Below, in pieces: positions 47,207 to 57,349 of a stretch of DNA of 64,000 bases; the stretch's first letter is position 1, and each line of letters begins with the position of its first letter. The position numbers and the translations under genes are program-made. The notes under the pieces were generated by a model. The model was not told the DNA's origin, made no database searches, and saw only the letters and a list, made by a program, of their open reading frames with translations. Origin of the DNA: Candidatus Woesearchaeota archaeon (lineage in GTDB: Archaea; Nanobdellota; Nanobdellia; Woesearchaeales; GW2011-AR9); the NCBI GenBank assembly GCA_018696595.1, contig JABHQW010000008.1:128001-192000 (forward strand). Direction: 5' to 3'.

Positions 47207-48379
47207 TCAGCTTAAACCAACAAACCCTTCAACTAAAGATTCTTTCCCATCTTGAACAGAAGTAACTGTAAATACAGTTTCAGAGATTTCTTCATCTTTA
47301 AATTGATAAACAACTTTATCAGAACAAAGATAAGCCTTATTCAACTCCTTCACTTCAGGACAATTTCCATTAGTTTTAAAACTGAATATTTTCTGATAAT
47401 TGAAATTTGGTTTAGCTGTAAATACTTCACTTGCAGTATTAGGGAAACTATTACTACTTTTAACAGCAAGCCAGTCAGTATAATAAAAATTATAACTTTC
47501 TATACCACTTACTGGAATAAATTCAATAGCAGTTACATTAGTAACAGAATCAAAAGTAACAATAAGATCTTCAGGAGAGAAAGGTAAAGCAGGACTAAAG
47601 TCTAATGCTAACTGAAATTTATTATTTTCATTTACTTGAACACAAAATGGAACTTTACGATCTTGTTCTTCATAATTGTCCGCCCCACAAAATTCATAAC
47701 CCCAACTTCCCATTTTATTCTTATCCAGACAAGACTTTAAATCTTTACTATTCATACAGGTATTAACCAAAACTTCGGCTTGATTTCTAACTTTAATATA
47801 ACCTTGACCAAAAAATGAACCAACTTTAACTTTGAAATTAGGATTGTAAAAATAGTTTAAATAAAATGGTTTTAACACATAAGACTCATAACTGGAAAAT
47901 AAACCCGTGTTCTTTAATTCCAGAGGAATAGCATCCCAAGAAGAAGTGATGACTTTTTTTTTACTACTTTTACCAATCAAATAACCCTCTGAAAAGAAAA
48001 CCTGATCGTAAGTAATTCCTGTTTCAGAAATGACATAATCGTTTATCTTATTCTTTATACTTTCATCGGCTTGTAATTCACAAAAACCATTTTCTTTATT
48101 CCAAAAAGGATAATTCTTTTTGTAAATACCACAACCAAAATCGTTCGCCAGCTCCTCTTTAGATAAACCTTGTACTGCCAAACCAACTGCACTTCTCGCA
48201 TTTTGATCAATAAATAATAAATCTTTTTCTGCATCTAATGTTGCACGAACAAAACTAAGCTGCCAGACACCTTTTGTTTCTGTACCTAAATCAAGATTAA
48301 CAACTAGTAAAAAGTACAACCCAATGGATGCAATTACACCAAACAGGATCCAATGAAATACTGCTCCTTTCTTGTTCAT
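47207..48379 (-). CDS. class III signal peptide (pilin-like) protein
   Basis: MNKKG|AVFHW plus hydrophobic helix. Confidence 0.65.
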   Translation of the reverse strand: MNKKGAVFHWILFGVIASIGLYFLLVVNLDLGTETKGVWQLSFVRATLDAEKDLLFIDQNARSAVGLAVQGLSKEELANDFGCGIYKKNYPFWNKENGFCELQADESIKNKINDYVISETGITYDQVFFSEGYLIGKSSKKKVITSSWDAIPLELKNTGLFSSYESYVLKPFYLNYFYNPNFKVKVGSFFGQGYIKVRNQAEVLVNTCMNSKDLKSCLDKNKMGSWGYEFCGADNYEEQDRKVPFCVQVNENNKFQLALDFSPALPFSPEDLIVTFDSVTNVTAIEFIPVSGIESYNFYYTDWLAVKSSNSFPNTASEVFTAKPNFNYQKIFSFKTNGNCPEVKELNKAYLCSDKVVYQFKDEEISETVFTVTSVQDGKESLVEGFVGLS

Positions 48380-48385
48380 TTTTAT

Positions 48386-48730
48386 TTAACCTACAATTGG
48401 AATTGGATCCCCTGAAGAATCTATTCCTGCAACGTAAGGATCTTGTGCATAAAGTTTTTCTACATCTACAACCCCATACTGTTTAACATCTTGATAACGT
48501 TGTTCTAAAAACATTGTGTAAAAACCTTGTTCAACAAAAATTCTTTCATTAACTAAAAAGTCAGCAGTTTGTTGATTCTTTTCTAAATGATCTTTAACAT
48601 ACTCTTGTCTTTCTGAGATACTACCATTAATAACTACACCAAGAAACATTAAAATGAAGATTGCTGCAAATATCGTAATAATATAATCAAATAAGTCATC
48701 CAACATCCCCTTTTTATTCATTCTGATCAT
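48386..48730 (-). CDS. class III signal peptide protein
   Basis: MNKKG|MLDD plus hydrophobic helix. Confidence 0.65.
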   Translation of the reverse strand: MIRMNKKGMLDDLFDYIITIFAAIFILMFLGVVINGSISERQEYVKDHLEKNQQTADFLVNERIFVEQGFYTMFLEQRYQDVKQYGVVDVEKLYAQDPYVAGIDSSGDPIPIVG

Positions 48731-49209
48731 GTTGATGGTGCCCCCAATCTTACTTGTACCTTAATTTGTAAAGTATCTGCTTCAAACTTAGTTCCATCCC
48801 AAACCATAACTTTCTTTTCGAGAACAAAAACATCTTGATCAAGGTAATTATTTGTGGCAACAAATAAATCTTTCTTAACCAGCGTTAATCCAAAATTGTA
48901 ATCTTTGTGTCCTTCATCTTTATTAGTAAAATAACATTCATCCATTTGTCCCTTATTAAATTTGGTGAGATCTATACTCCCTGCATAAACTCTTTCAGTT
49001 AAAGGTTCTTGATAAGCAAAACATTCAGGAATATTACTAAAACGTAAAGCAATAAATTCTGCTTTCATATCTGGAGGAGTGTAAGTTAATTTATTCCGAT
49101 AACCAGCAAGTAATATAGCATAAGCGATTATAATCATCGTAATGATAAAACCCATAATTAACCAAAAGATTGTTTTTCTTGCTGCTTCGAACTGCCCTTT
49201 CTTGTTCAT
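48727..49209 (-). CDS. class III signal peptide protein
   Basis: MNKKG|QFE plus hydrophobic helix. Confidence 0.65.
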   Translation of the reverse strand: MNKKGQFEAARKTIFWLIMGFIITMIIIAYAILLAGYRNKLTYTPPDMKAEFIALRFSNIPECFAYQEPLTERVYAGSIDLTKFNKGQMDECYFTNKDEGHKDYNFGLTLVKKDLFVATNNYLDQDVFVLEKKVMVWDGTKFEADTLQIKVQVRLGAPST

Positions 49210-49232
49210 CTTTTTATAATCAAGCAATTTAA

Positions 49233-49643
49233 TCAATTTGGAATGACCTCTTGACAATTTTTTAATTCAATCAAATATCCTTGTTTAATTAAACAAACTC
49301 TTTTAGCATTCTCAATAGTTCCAGTTGCAGAATATTTTTTTGGAAGATAAAAAAGTCTAACCTCGGCAGTCTGAGCAATGTCTCCTGCACTAAGTACCGT
49401 TATACTTCCCTTACTTAAAATAAAAGTGAATTGTTCCACATCAAGGGGATATTCAACTTTTGAGTCTCCGTGAGTTCCAATTAATGTGTTAGTCATCATT
49501 GCTAAATCTTCAGCAACATTGATCTTAAGAACTTTATCAGAACTAGCATAACCATAAGCAACTTTAGAAGTAGAAAAGACTACAGCAATAACAATTAACA
49601 ATTCAAAAATAATCATCAAAATAGTATTTGCTTTCTTGTTCAT
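49233..49643 (-). CDS. class III signal peptide protein
   Basis: MNKKA|NTIL plus hydrophobic helix. Confidence 0.65.
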   Translation of the reverse strand: MNKKANTILMIIFELLIVIAVVFSTSKVAYGYASSDKVLKINVAEDLAMMTNTLIGTHGDSKVEYPLDVEQFTFILSKGSITVLSAGDIAQTAEVRLFYLPKKYSATGTIENAKRVCLIKQGYLIELKNCQEVIPN

Positions 49644-49652
49644 TTTTTATCT

Positions 49653-50357
49653 CTATTGTTCGTTGATTAAAGCTTTATCTTCGCCAACTTTCTCAATTAG
49701 AATGTTCACTCTTCTGGCAGAATTCTTATAACAAACTTTTTTATAATTTTGATCATCCGGACCTGGACAAACCACATCCCGATCGATAAAGAATCCGCCA
49801 GCACATTGATAAGATTCTAAATTAACAGGAATTCCAACACCACAAGTTCCAACTTTATCTTTATGATAATCAACTTCAAATTCAACTTTTCTACAATCTG
49901 CAGTTATTGGTTTGATCAACACTTTAACATAATCATTTTCTATTCTTGCTGGATCAACTTCAACTGAACCAAACAAACAGAAACAACCCTTAAAATCAAA
50001 ATCTTGATTTAGTTCTTCTGGCGTAGGTTCACAAATTACTGGGCGTTCAATAATTATTTTATGATCTATCATCTTACTGCTAGTTGATTCTGCATCTACC
50101 ACAATCTGTGGCCCAGAAAAATAAGCAATAACAGTTTCTGAATCCATGATTAAAGCATAATTTCTGATTTTATCATCTTCTTCACTATTGTAAATAGTAC
50201 CATAAATCTCATCTACAAAAGTGTTATAATTCCCTTTGGCTTCTCCAGAAACACGTAACACTTTTGAAACCCCACAAGAAGTAAAAGTAAATAGCATAAT
50301 TGCTAGAACAGTTACTGCTATAAATTGTACCATCATTGCTTTCTTGTTCATTTTCAT
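49653..50357 (-). CDS. class III signal peptide protein, Cys-rich
   Basis: MNKKA|MMVQF plus hydrophobic helix. Confidence 0.65.
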   Translation of the reverse strand: MKMNKKAMMVQFIAVTVLAIMLFTFTSCGVSKVLRVSGEAKGNYNTFVDEIYGTIYNSEEDDKIRNYALIMDSETVIAYFSGPQIVVDAESTSSKMIDHKIIIERPVICEPTPEELNQDFDFKGCFCLFGSVEVDPARIENDYVKVLIKPITADCRKVEFEVDYHKDKVGTCGVGIPVNLESYQCAGGFFIDRDVVCPGPDDQNYKKVCYKNSARRVNILIEKVGEDKALINEQ

Positions 50358-50684
50358 TTATTCTTTACACTGTTTTAATTCTTCTTCAGTACATTTGTAT
50401 TTTGTTTCAAGTTCCTCTTTTTTAGTATTTCTTGGACAACCATCAATCTCTGAACCAGCATCTCCGGCCTTACAAGGACATTTATCAAACATATCTGCAA
50501 CATTATCATTATCACAATCATTTAATCCTGTAACTTTGTCTTTAATACTATCAAATGCATCATCACCGGTTCCTTTGAACCAGATCATAAGAAATATCAT
50601 TACTAAAATTGCTAGAACTGCGGCTACAATAATCCACCACATCTGTTGCGATCCTTTTTTATTATTAAAAATCATCTTATCCAC
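50358..50684 (-). CDS. small pilin-like protein with DxDxDxVxDxxDxC motif
   Basis: Minus strand by direct reading; NKKG|SQQMWWII. Confidence 0.65.
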   Translation of the reverse strand: MDKMIFNNKKGSQQMWWIIVAAVLAILVMIFLMIWFKGTGDDAFDSIKDKVTGLNDCDNDNVADMFDKCPCKAGDAGSEIDGCPRNTKKEELETKYKCTEEELKQCKE

Positions 50685-50711
50685 CTCTTTTTTAAATTAA
50701 ATAATTGTAAT

Positions 50712-51923
50712 TTATTGTCCAGCTAAATCTCCACTTCCGCAATAAGCTTGCCCCCATTTAGTTTCACTTAAATAAACTGAAGTAACTAATCTTTCTTTAA
50801 ACATAGATTCTACTGATATTTGTGTTCCCGCATTAGGGACATTAACATTAGTGGGGGCATCTTTATCTTCTACTCCCTTCATTAAATCTGAACTTTCACC
50901 CACTAGTGCGGCTCCAGCTCCGAAAGTTGCTAATTTTCCCGCAATTGGTAAAAGAACGCAACCAACACCAGTAAAACCACAAGCAAATCCCATTATTGCA
51001 GATGCTCCAAGAGCAGTATAACCGGCCACCTTCATCCAATTAGTTTGTTCTTTATCTACATTCTTTGGCAAAATAGAGATAGAATAAGCATGCCTTGCTT
51101 GAATTCCGTCTTTAGGTAAAATGTTAACAAACATTCCTGGCCCACCGTAACTTTGAATATATTGTAAATAATTTAGTTTAACATCTTTCTCGCAAATTCC
51201 TTTTTCACATCTCAGATCTTTTCCCTTATGTTCTTCTTGATTACAATCAGAATCAATTTCACATGACCAACAATCATAACCCTTATCATCTTTACAAGAT
51301 TCTGGGAAATTTTCAGTCAACTCTTTTTTACATAACTTTTCATTTTTTGGTCTACATCTAGTTTTAGTTTTAACTGGGTGTTCCTCTCTCATGAATTGTA
51401 TTAATTCATCCCGACCGATAGGGTAATTATCTTCATCATTCGATTTATAATCTCCAGGATCAATATTATCAACGTCAATCATAATATTATAACAATTAAA
51501 ACATTCATTTGGTTGATTATTAATTCCTAACAAACTAGGTACGGCATGAAATTCAGAACCGCTTAAAATTTCATTATATCTTCCTTCTCCGAACATCCAC
51601 CAACATTTAGCAATTTTTTCTGCAAATAAACGTTTGATTTTTTCTCGATCTTCGGTTTTAGATTTAATATCAATTGTTTTACAAAGAACGGGAGCAGCCT
51701 TAATATTACCTTCGGCTACAGCAGAATTTAATTGTAAAGCGCTTGTAGCTCTCAGAGAAATACTACTTTGACAAAGATTTTCTTGTTGTTTAATATCAGA
51801 ACCAGACATAAATTGACCAATCGTAGTTGCTAATAAAGTAAAAGAGATTATAGAAATAATTATTTTAACTAAAGCAGCTGTTGCAATAGCCTTATTTCCA
51901 ATTCTTATTTTTTTTGTTCTCAT
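50712..51923 (-). CDS. class III signal peptide protein with C-terminal hydrophobic hairpin
   Basis: Minus strand by direct reading; GNKA|IAT leader; Cys-rich; GASAIMGFACGFTGVGCVLL segment. Confidence 0.6.
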   Translation of the reverse strand: MRTKKIRIGNKAIATAALVKIIISIISFTLLATTIGQFMSGSDIKQQENLCQSSISLRATSALQLNSAVAEGNIKAAPVLCKTIDIKSKTEDREKIKRLFAEKIAKCWWMFGEGRYNEILSGSEFHAVPSLLGINNQPNECFNCYNIMIDVDNIDPGDYKSNDEDNYPIGRDELIQFMREEHPVKTKTRCRPKNEKLCKKELTENFPESCKDDKGYDCWSCEIDSDCNQEEHKGKDLRCEKGICEKDVKLNYLQYIQSYGGPGMFVNILPKDGIQARHAYSISILPKNVDKEQTNWMKVAGYTALGASAIMGFACGFTGVGCVLLPIAGKLATFGAGAALVGESSDLMKGVEDKDAPTNVNVPNAGTQISVESMFKERLVTSVYLSETKWGQAYCGSGDLAGQ

Positions 51924-51935
51924 TTTTTAGTTTAG

Positions 51936-53987
51936 TTATTCCTCATAAAATAAATATTTTCCAGATTCACTTTTTTCACAACACCAATCCTTCCCAGCAA
52001 CATTTAAACAACTGCCTTCTTTACGAGCTTCACATAATTTCCAATTGTGATCATCGGCACAAATAAAATCTCCTGGAATAATTGTATTTCTCCATTTGTT
52101 TTTAAGTAGACATCTAGAGTTCTCACCATCGTTTTGAATCCAAGTTTTAATTGGTCCTTCTGGACATTCCCCCGCGTTACCAGTACAATGAAATAAACTA
52201 GTAGTTCCTTGCCAAATTGACTCACCCGCAGGAATGGCTGCAGATCCGCAATCATTACTTCCTCTAGCACCATCATCATCTTCAGACATATAAACTGCAC
52301 AATTATTTGGTCCTTCATTATAATATCCGTTATGAGTCCTATAGTAATTATCACAATCATTATCCTCGCTTGGACAAATAAAAGTTCCTTCTCCAAGATC
52401 AGCAGATTTAGTTATCCCCATACCGCCTTTAGATTCTCCACCAGCACGATAATCGCAGGCAGAATAAATGTTTCCTTCAAATGTTTTACAACTATTAGGA
52501 TAATCTTCATCGTTATTTGCAAATAATTCAATCCCTTCAAATTCCATCCAAGATAAATGTTCAGTATTTTCTGCTTCCCAATCATAAATATCATTACCTG
52601 CTTCGTTTTGTCCTTTCAATTTACAAGTGTAAATAACATCTTCATTATCAACTTTCATTTTTCGGGTAAAAGGTTCAATTTCTTTTTCTGGATTTCCAAT
52701 TCCAGACTGATCACAAACATACCAGCGATGATCTTTACCATCACAAATTAATGCCCCATCCTTAGAAGCAGGCATTTGCCATTGATAATAATTTAACAAA
52801 CAAAGAGGATCTGTATTCTCAAAATTAGGCGCACCAAAAGGATAAAACATTGTAAACCGATTAGAACTAAAATCTGGAACAACTTCTCCGGGTCCAATTT
52901 CTACCCAGCCACAATCGTTCAATCCTGGATCTTGTTCAGAAATTAATAGCCAACATCCACTTTCAGGTAAAGGAAATGTTCCATCTGAGTTGGCCATGTT
53001 TTTATCAATTAAAGCTTTACAATCACCATCTTCTGTCTCATAATCTTTCAAATTATTAGCAAAAAAGTTAATTTCTCCTTCACTATTCCCATGATCTTTA
53101 ACATCACAATCCAATTCACCAGAACTTGCATCATCATTAGCGGAAATTTCTATTACACCATAACCGGTTCTCTCAGTACACTTTGTTACCTGACCATGGC
53201 CAATTTTGTAAGCAAAAGATTCTTCATCACCAGAATCTTCTAACCAATCATCGTTCATCCCATCTTCATTATCTACATAATCATTTGTTGGGAAAAAACA
53301 AATTGATCCATATTCATCATCTACTTTAAACAAAACACCGTCACTCTCAAAATTTTTTCCTTTACCATTAACCGGAGCTCTTCCAAGTCCAAAACCATCT
53401 CCAGAAACTCTAATTGCATTCCCATTATACCCTTCTTCATTATAGTAAATATTTATAGAATCCACAGGGCTATGAAATTTTCCCGAAACAGATTTCTTTT
53501 TTGCAAATTTGTTAATGAAAGTTTCAACAAGTTGTTCACTTCCTGCAATTACACAAGGCCTCATTCCTTCCACAAAGTATCTGTCAACTATTTGAGATTT
53601 GTAAGGATTAATTTCAACCCAAGTTCCGTCTACAAATTCTTCTCCTTTTTTATCTTGACCATAAGTAAAAGAAAAAGTTACTGTTTGATCCGCTTCTTCA
53701 CCAAGATCTTTTTTAAATCCACCAAAAGTTTCAAAACAATTAGTATTTTCACTCTCAGCCATAGCCATTAATGTGCTTCTCAAAGCTTTTGCTTCTACGT
53801 GAACATTTGATGGTAATAACAATTCTTCTCCTTTAATTTCTTCTAATCCAACAGAAAGGTCTGGTTTGTCAATATTATAAACCACCTCTTTAATCTCTTC
53901 AAGAGTTCCAGACTGCCACATTGCAAGAACAATAAAAGCAAATAATGCTAGAACTATTCCCAGAATCAATTTTTTTGTTACAGCCAT
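51936..53987 (-). CDS. membrane-anchored Cys-rich protein with internal duplication
   Basis: Minus strand by direct reading; N-terminal TM; two related Cys-patterned units. Confidence 0.7.
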   Translation of the reverse strand: MAVTKKLILGIVLALFAFIVLAMWQSGTLEEIKEVVYNIDKPDLSVGLEEIKGEELLLPSNVHVEAKALRSTLMAMAESENTNCFETFGGFKKDLGEEADQTVTFSFTYGQDKKGEEFVDGTWVEINPYKSQIVDRYFVEGMRPCVIAGSEQLVETFINKFAKKKSVSGKFHSPVDSINIYYNEEGYNGNAIRVSGDGFGLGRAPVNGKGKNFESDGVLFKVDDEYGSICFFPTNDYVDNEDGMNDDWLEDSGDEESFAYKIGHGQVTKCTERTGYGVIEISANDDASSGELDCDVKDHGNSEGEINFFANNLKDYETEDGDCKALIDKNMANSDGTFPLPESGCWLLISEQDPGLNDCGWVEIGPGEVVPDFSSNRFTMFYPFGAPNFENTDPLCLLNYYQWQMPASKDGALICDGKDHRWYVCDQSGIGNPEKEIEPFTRKMKVDNEDVIYTCKLKGQNEAGNDIYDWEAENTEHLSWMEFEGIELFANNDEDYPNSCKTFEGNIYSACDYRAGGESKGGMGITKSADLGEGTFICPSEDNDCDNYYRTHNGYYNEGPNNCAVYMSEDDDGARGSNDCGSAAIPAGESIWQGTTSLFHCTGNAGECPEGPIKTWIQNDGENSRCLLKNKWRNTIIPGDFICADDHNWKLCEARKEGSCLNVAGKDWCCEKSESGKYLFYEE

Positions 53988-53989
53988 TT

Positions 53990-54142
53990 TTAAAAAGAGT
54001 TACTTACTTTACCTAATAAATCTTTAACTTCTTCATTTAATCCCGCATACCAAGCAATGATTGCAAACAAGAAAAGAATTGATAGGATTATCAATACTAA
54101 CATCCACGTTTCCATTCCTTTTTTTGATTTGAAGATTTTCAT
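53990..54142 (-). CDS. 50-aa micro-pilin-like protein
   Basis: Manually read MKIFKSKKG|METWMLVLIILSILFLFAIIAWYAGLNEEVKDLLGKVSNSF. Confidence 0.65.
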   Translation of the reverse strand: MKIFKSKKGMETWMLVLIILSILFLFAIIAWYAGLNEEVKDLLGKVSNSF

Positions 54143-54146
54143 TTTA

Positions 54147-54272
54147 TTATGAAGGTAAGATTCTACCTATTCTTTTGTACATTGCAAAAAGGAATAATAG
54201 GCCTAGGAAAACACAAAAAACAATAAACATCCAGGCACCGCTGGATATTCCTTTTTTGAACAGTTTCATCAT
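54147..54272 (-). CDS. 41-aa micro-pilin-like protein
   Basis: Manually read MMKLFKKG|ISSGAWMFIVFCVFLGLLFLFAMYKRIGRILPS; start overlaps the upstream stop (ATGA). Confidence 0.55.
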   Translation of the reverse strand: MMKLFKKGISSGAWMFIVFCVFLGLLFLFAMYKRIGRILPS

Positions 54273-54637
54273 CCTCCTGCTGGTTTAGTAGGTATGTCTA
54301 ATTTGACGCAGTAACTTTTGGTTCCGAATGGTTTACAATCATATTCATTCTCCTTACCACACTCAGAACCATCACTTCCTTTAGTACAAACTTTTGGTGC
54401 TCCAATGCAACAAGATTCTCCTGCTTTCTCACAACCAAATGCACCAGATGATAAAGTATTAGATGGACAATCAGAATTGGAACTACAAACACCACCCTTA
54501 TTCTCACAAGCAGATAATCCTTGCTCTAAAGGTTGAGTCTTTCCAGTAAACATTACCATCAAAATGATCATTACTACCAGAGCAATAACTGCTCCAATAA
54601 TAATCCACCACATATTTGCCGAAGCTTTCTTATTCAT
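54269..54637 (-). CDS. small Cys-rich pilin-like protein
   Basis: MNKKA|SANMWWII; CxxxGGxC repeats. Confidence 0.7.
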   Translation of the reverse strand: MNKKASANMWWIIIGAVIALVVMIILMVMFTGKTQPLEQGLSACENKGGVCSSNSDCPSNTLSSGAFGCEKAGESCCIGAPKVCTKGSDGSECGKENEYDCKPFGTKSYCVKLDIPTKPAGG

Positions 54638-54638
54638 T

Positions 54639-54998
54639 TTAACTCCAAACACAGCCGCCAGATTCACAAGAATCTTTTGCACTGCTTAAAGATTTACATC
54701 TGGTAATTTCATTCTGTAAGTTAGATTTTGCTAAAGCTTCATCTTCATTAGATTCTGCTAAATTAAAACTAGCAATAAAAGTGTCTTCTGCGGTTACTCC
54801 TGGTTGACATTTGCCATACTTAATCTTCATTGCTGTTAATTGCAACTTAGTTTCTCCTGCAATATCTTCAATCTTTTGATCCGTATCTGCGGTCCTACCA
54901 GTAAAAATTACTACCAAAACAACTAGAACAATCAAAGCAATTGCTGCTATTATAATTACATTCAGAGACAAGCCCTGTCCTTTCTTATCTAAAATCAT
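54639..54998 (-). CDS. small pilin-like protein (candidate major pilin)
   Basis: DKKG|QGLSLNVIIIAAIALIVLVV; first gene after a TATA box at 55053-55060 (minus). Confidence 0.7.
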   Translation of the reverse strand: MILDKKGQGLSLNVIIIAAIALIVLVVLVVIFTGRTADTDQKIEDIAGETKLQLTAMKIKYGKCQPGVTAEDTFIASFNLAESNEDEALAKSNLQNEITRCKSLSSAKDSCESGGCVWS

Positions 54999-55100
54999 TT
55001 ATTCGCACCTCTTTTAATAAATATTATTTATATAATAAAGAAAGGAAATTGATATATAAATGTTGCGAATGTTTTAAGCTAAACAAGGTGAAAAATAAAC

Positions 55101-55664
55101 TTAATCACACAAAAACAACTCGGTCTCAACTAATCCTGCTTCAGTATGGATTGGAAATAAGCCCGAACCATCCCTTTCTTTAGATTTTGGACAACCTCCT
55201 CCAGATTGAATTGGACCCATTATTAATTCTGGTTTGTCTCCGGTTGCTTTAATCAACTTTGAACGGAATACGTAACCTTTGTTCCACTCTCCCAAAGTTT
55301 CATTTAACAATAAAGTAATTTCTTTTTCAAGAAATTCACAACTATGCATCCCTTGACAAGTATACAAAGAATAACCACCAGGAGAATAATCAAAATTTTT
55401 TGCACAATCTTCCAAAATGTCTTTTCCAATTTGTGGTTTAGTCCACTTACCATAATTGTTTGTGCAATCAACATCCATCACCGTTGTTTTCATTAACGCA
55501 CTTACAGTACTATAGGCTAAACCTTTACGGGTAAATATTTTCTTTTTCCCATCTTCACTCAACGCAAACTGGGCCATAAATAACATTCCTAATGAAAGCA
55601 AGATTACAATAATCACTAAACCAATCATTTCCATTTGACCACTTTTTCTTTTACTAATTAACAT
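55101..55664 (-). CDS. class III signal peptide protein
   Basis: RKSG|QMEMIGL plus hydrophobic helix. Confidence 0.7.
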   Translation of the reverse strand: MLISKRKSGQMEMIGLVIIVILLSLGMLFMAQFALSEDGKKKIFTRKGLAYSTVSALMKTTVMDVDCTNNYGKWTKPQIGKDILEDCAKNFDYSPGGYSLYTCQGMHSCEFLEKEITLLLNETLGEWNKGYVFRSKLIKATGDKPELIMGPIQSGGGCPKSKERDGSGLFPIHTEAGLVETELFLCD

Positions 55665-56203
55665 TAAGAATATGCCTCCACTGTCAAATAACCTAACCGA
55701 TATTCTGGTTGTCCTTGTTCGTTATTCTCGTCCCTAATAGTTACAATGAAATAAGTTGGTTCTCTTCGGTCCCAATTCGGAACCAAAGTGCCATTCCCAT
55801 CTTCTTTAACTTTTTCTTTATCATAAATCACCCATTTATTATCAGAATTAGGATAAGTTTCAGTAATGCTAATTCTAGCATAAGAAAAGATGTTAAAATA
55901 ATAATCATCCATGTGTTTGCCAAATGTTTCGTTAGCATATTTAAGTTTCATCAAATCAAAACAATTATCTTCTGGTTCTGCTTCTCCCTTACTACAAATC
56001 AATTCTGGTAAAAATAAAGTTTTAAGAGTTGAATCCATTGCCCTAGCTGCCAGCAACTCTTCCTGTTTATCTTTAAAGGCAACTTGTTGATATTTGGCAT
56101 AAAAAATAATCCCAAACAAAATTAGAATAAAGAAAATGAATAGGACTGCAATAGTTTCAGTCATCCTAATCTGTCCTGATTTTCTTTTTTTTCTCAATCT
56201 CAT
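55664..56203 (-). CDS. class III signal peptide protein
   Basis: Minus strand by direct reading; RKSG|QIRMTETIAV. Confidence 0.7.
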   Translation of the reverse strand: MRLRKKRKSGQIRMTETIAVLFIFFILILFGIIFYAKYQQVAFKDKQEELLAARAMDSTLKTLFLPELICSKGEAEPEDNCFDLMKLKYANETFGKHMDDYYFNIFSYARISITETYPNSDNKWVIYDKEKVKEDGNGTLVPNWDRREPTYFIVTIRDENNEQGQPEYRLGYLTVEAYS

Positions 56204-56204
56204 T

Positions 56205-57308
56205 TTAATATAGAGTTAAACAATCTCCCTTGGACCCTAAATTGGTGTTTGCTTCTTTTAACTTTGCAGAAGCTTCAATTAAGTCTGCACAATGATCGAA
56301 CAATATTGAACAAGCTTTAGCATTTCCTTTTAATAAGGTCAATGCTTGTTGTAAATTTGGTTCATATTGTCCCGCTTGAATATATCCCAAACAATCTTTT
56401 GTTAAAGTTTTTTCAGGACTTTCAACATAATAAAGTTCAATTTCTTTCAACTTTTGTTCATAAATTTCTAACAAAAAGTTAAAACGTTTGAACACTTTCA
56501 TCATGTTACATTGATAAATGTTAGAATCTTGTGAAAAAATGGCTGCATATTTTGCAGCATCTCTTTCTCCCCCTAAAGAAATAATTGCAATCTTATCCCC
56601 TGCTTTTCTCCAACTATTACCTTCTTTCTGAAAATATTGGGCAGAATGAGTGCCAATAAAAGAGATTGCCGTAACCTTATCATCATCCATCAAAGTAGTT
56701 TTATCTGGAACAGGCAAGCCTTCTTGAACAGATCCCGTTAAATCAATAATTCTTATTTGAAAGTTTTTTTGTGGGTCAACAGAGTTTAAATCAGGAATTG
56801 GAATAACATTAAGCCCAGTGGTAGAATTCAAAAATTCTTCTGCAAACGCATTATTACCTAAAACAAAATATTTAGTGTTCCAAGAAGTTACAAACATTAA
56901 ATCAATTACTTTGAATGGTAATTTGTAAGGCAAACTCCACAAAATCAATTGAGTGGTCTTAATTTCTCTCGGTGAAAAAATAGGATCCACCACGTTCTGG
57001 GCGGGGCTACCTTTGTCCCGAATTCCAAATTCACTAACACTTTCATCACAATTAAAATAAAGAGTATAATCCACTAATCCACTAGTGTCAATAAAATTCT
57101 TTGTTTTCTCTGATACCCCTGCACCTGTAAAAATAGATTCCATTATTCTCACAACATCATATGCAAGGTTCTCTTCTGAAACCTTTTGTTGTTTCATCAC
57201 AATCCCAAAGAAGAATAATAAAATTACGCCCCCAGCAATTAAAACATAGAACCAATTAAAAGTAACTTGAATTTGTCCTTTCTTTGTTTTGTTTTTTTTA
57301 AAAGCCAC
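56205..57308 (-). CDS. class III signal peptide protein
   Basis: TKKG|QIQVTFNWFYVLIAG. Confidence 0.7.
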   Translation of the reverse strand: MAFKKNKTKKGQIQVTFNWFYVLIAGGVILLFFFGIVMKQQKVSEENLAYDVVRIMESIFTGAGVSEKTKNFIDTSGLVDYTLYFNCDESVSEFGIRDKGSPAQNVVDPIFSPREIKTTQLILWSLPYKLPFKVIDLMFVTSWNTKYFVLGNNAFAEEFLNSTTGLNVIPIPDLNSVDPQKNFQIRIIDLTGSVQEGLPVPDKTTLMDDDKVTAISFIGTHSAQYFQKEGNSWRKAGDKIAIISLGGERDAAKYAAIFSQDSNIYQCNMMKVFKRFNFLLEIYEQKLKEIELYYVESPEKTLTKDCLGYIQAGQYEPNLQQALTLLKGNAKACSILFDHCADLIEASAKLKEANTNLGSKGDCLTLY

Positions 57309-57349
57309 TTTATCTTTGTCAATATCTAGTCCAGGTTTCTAACAGTAAA

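Noticed and set aside
6784-56203. Plus-strand labels in the ORF track for 6784, 9581, 28106, 43221, 50358, 50712, 51936 and 55664
   Set aside because: The listed proteins are encoded by the reverse complement (CAT/CAC/CAA at the high coordinate); reported here as minus strand
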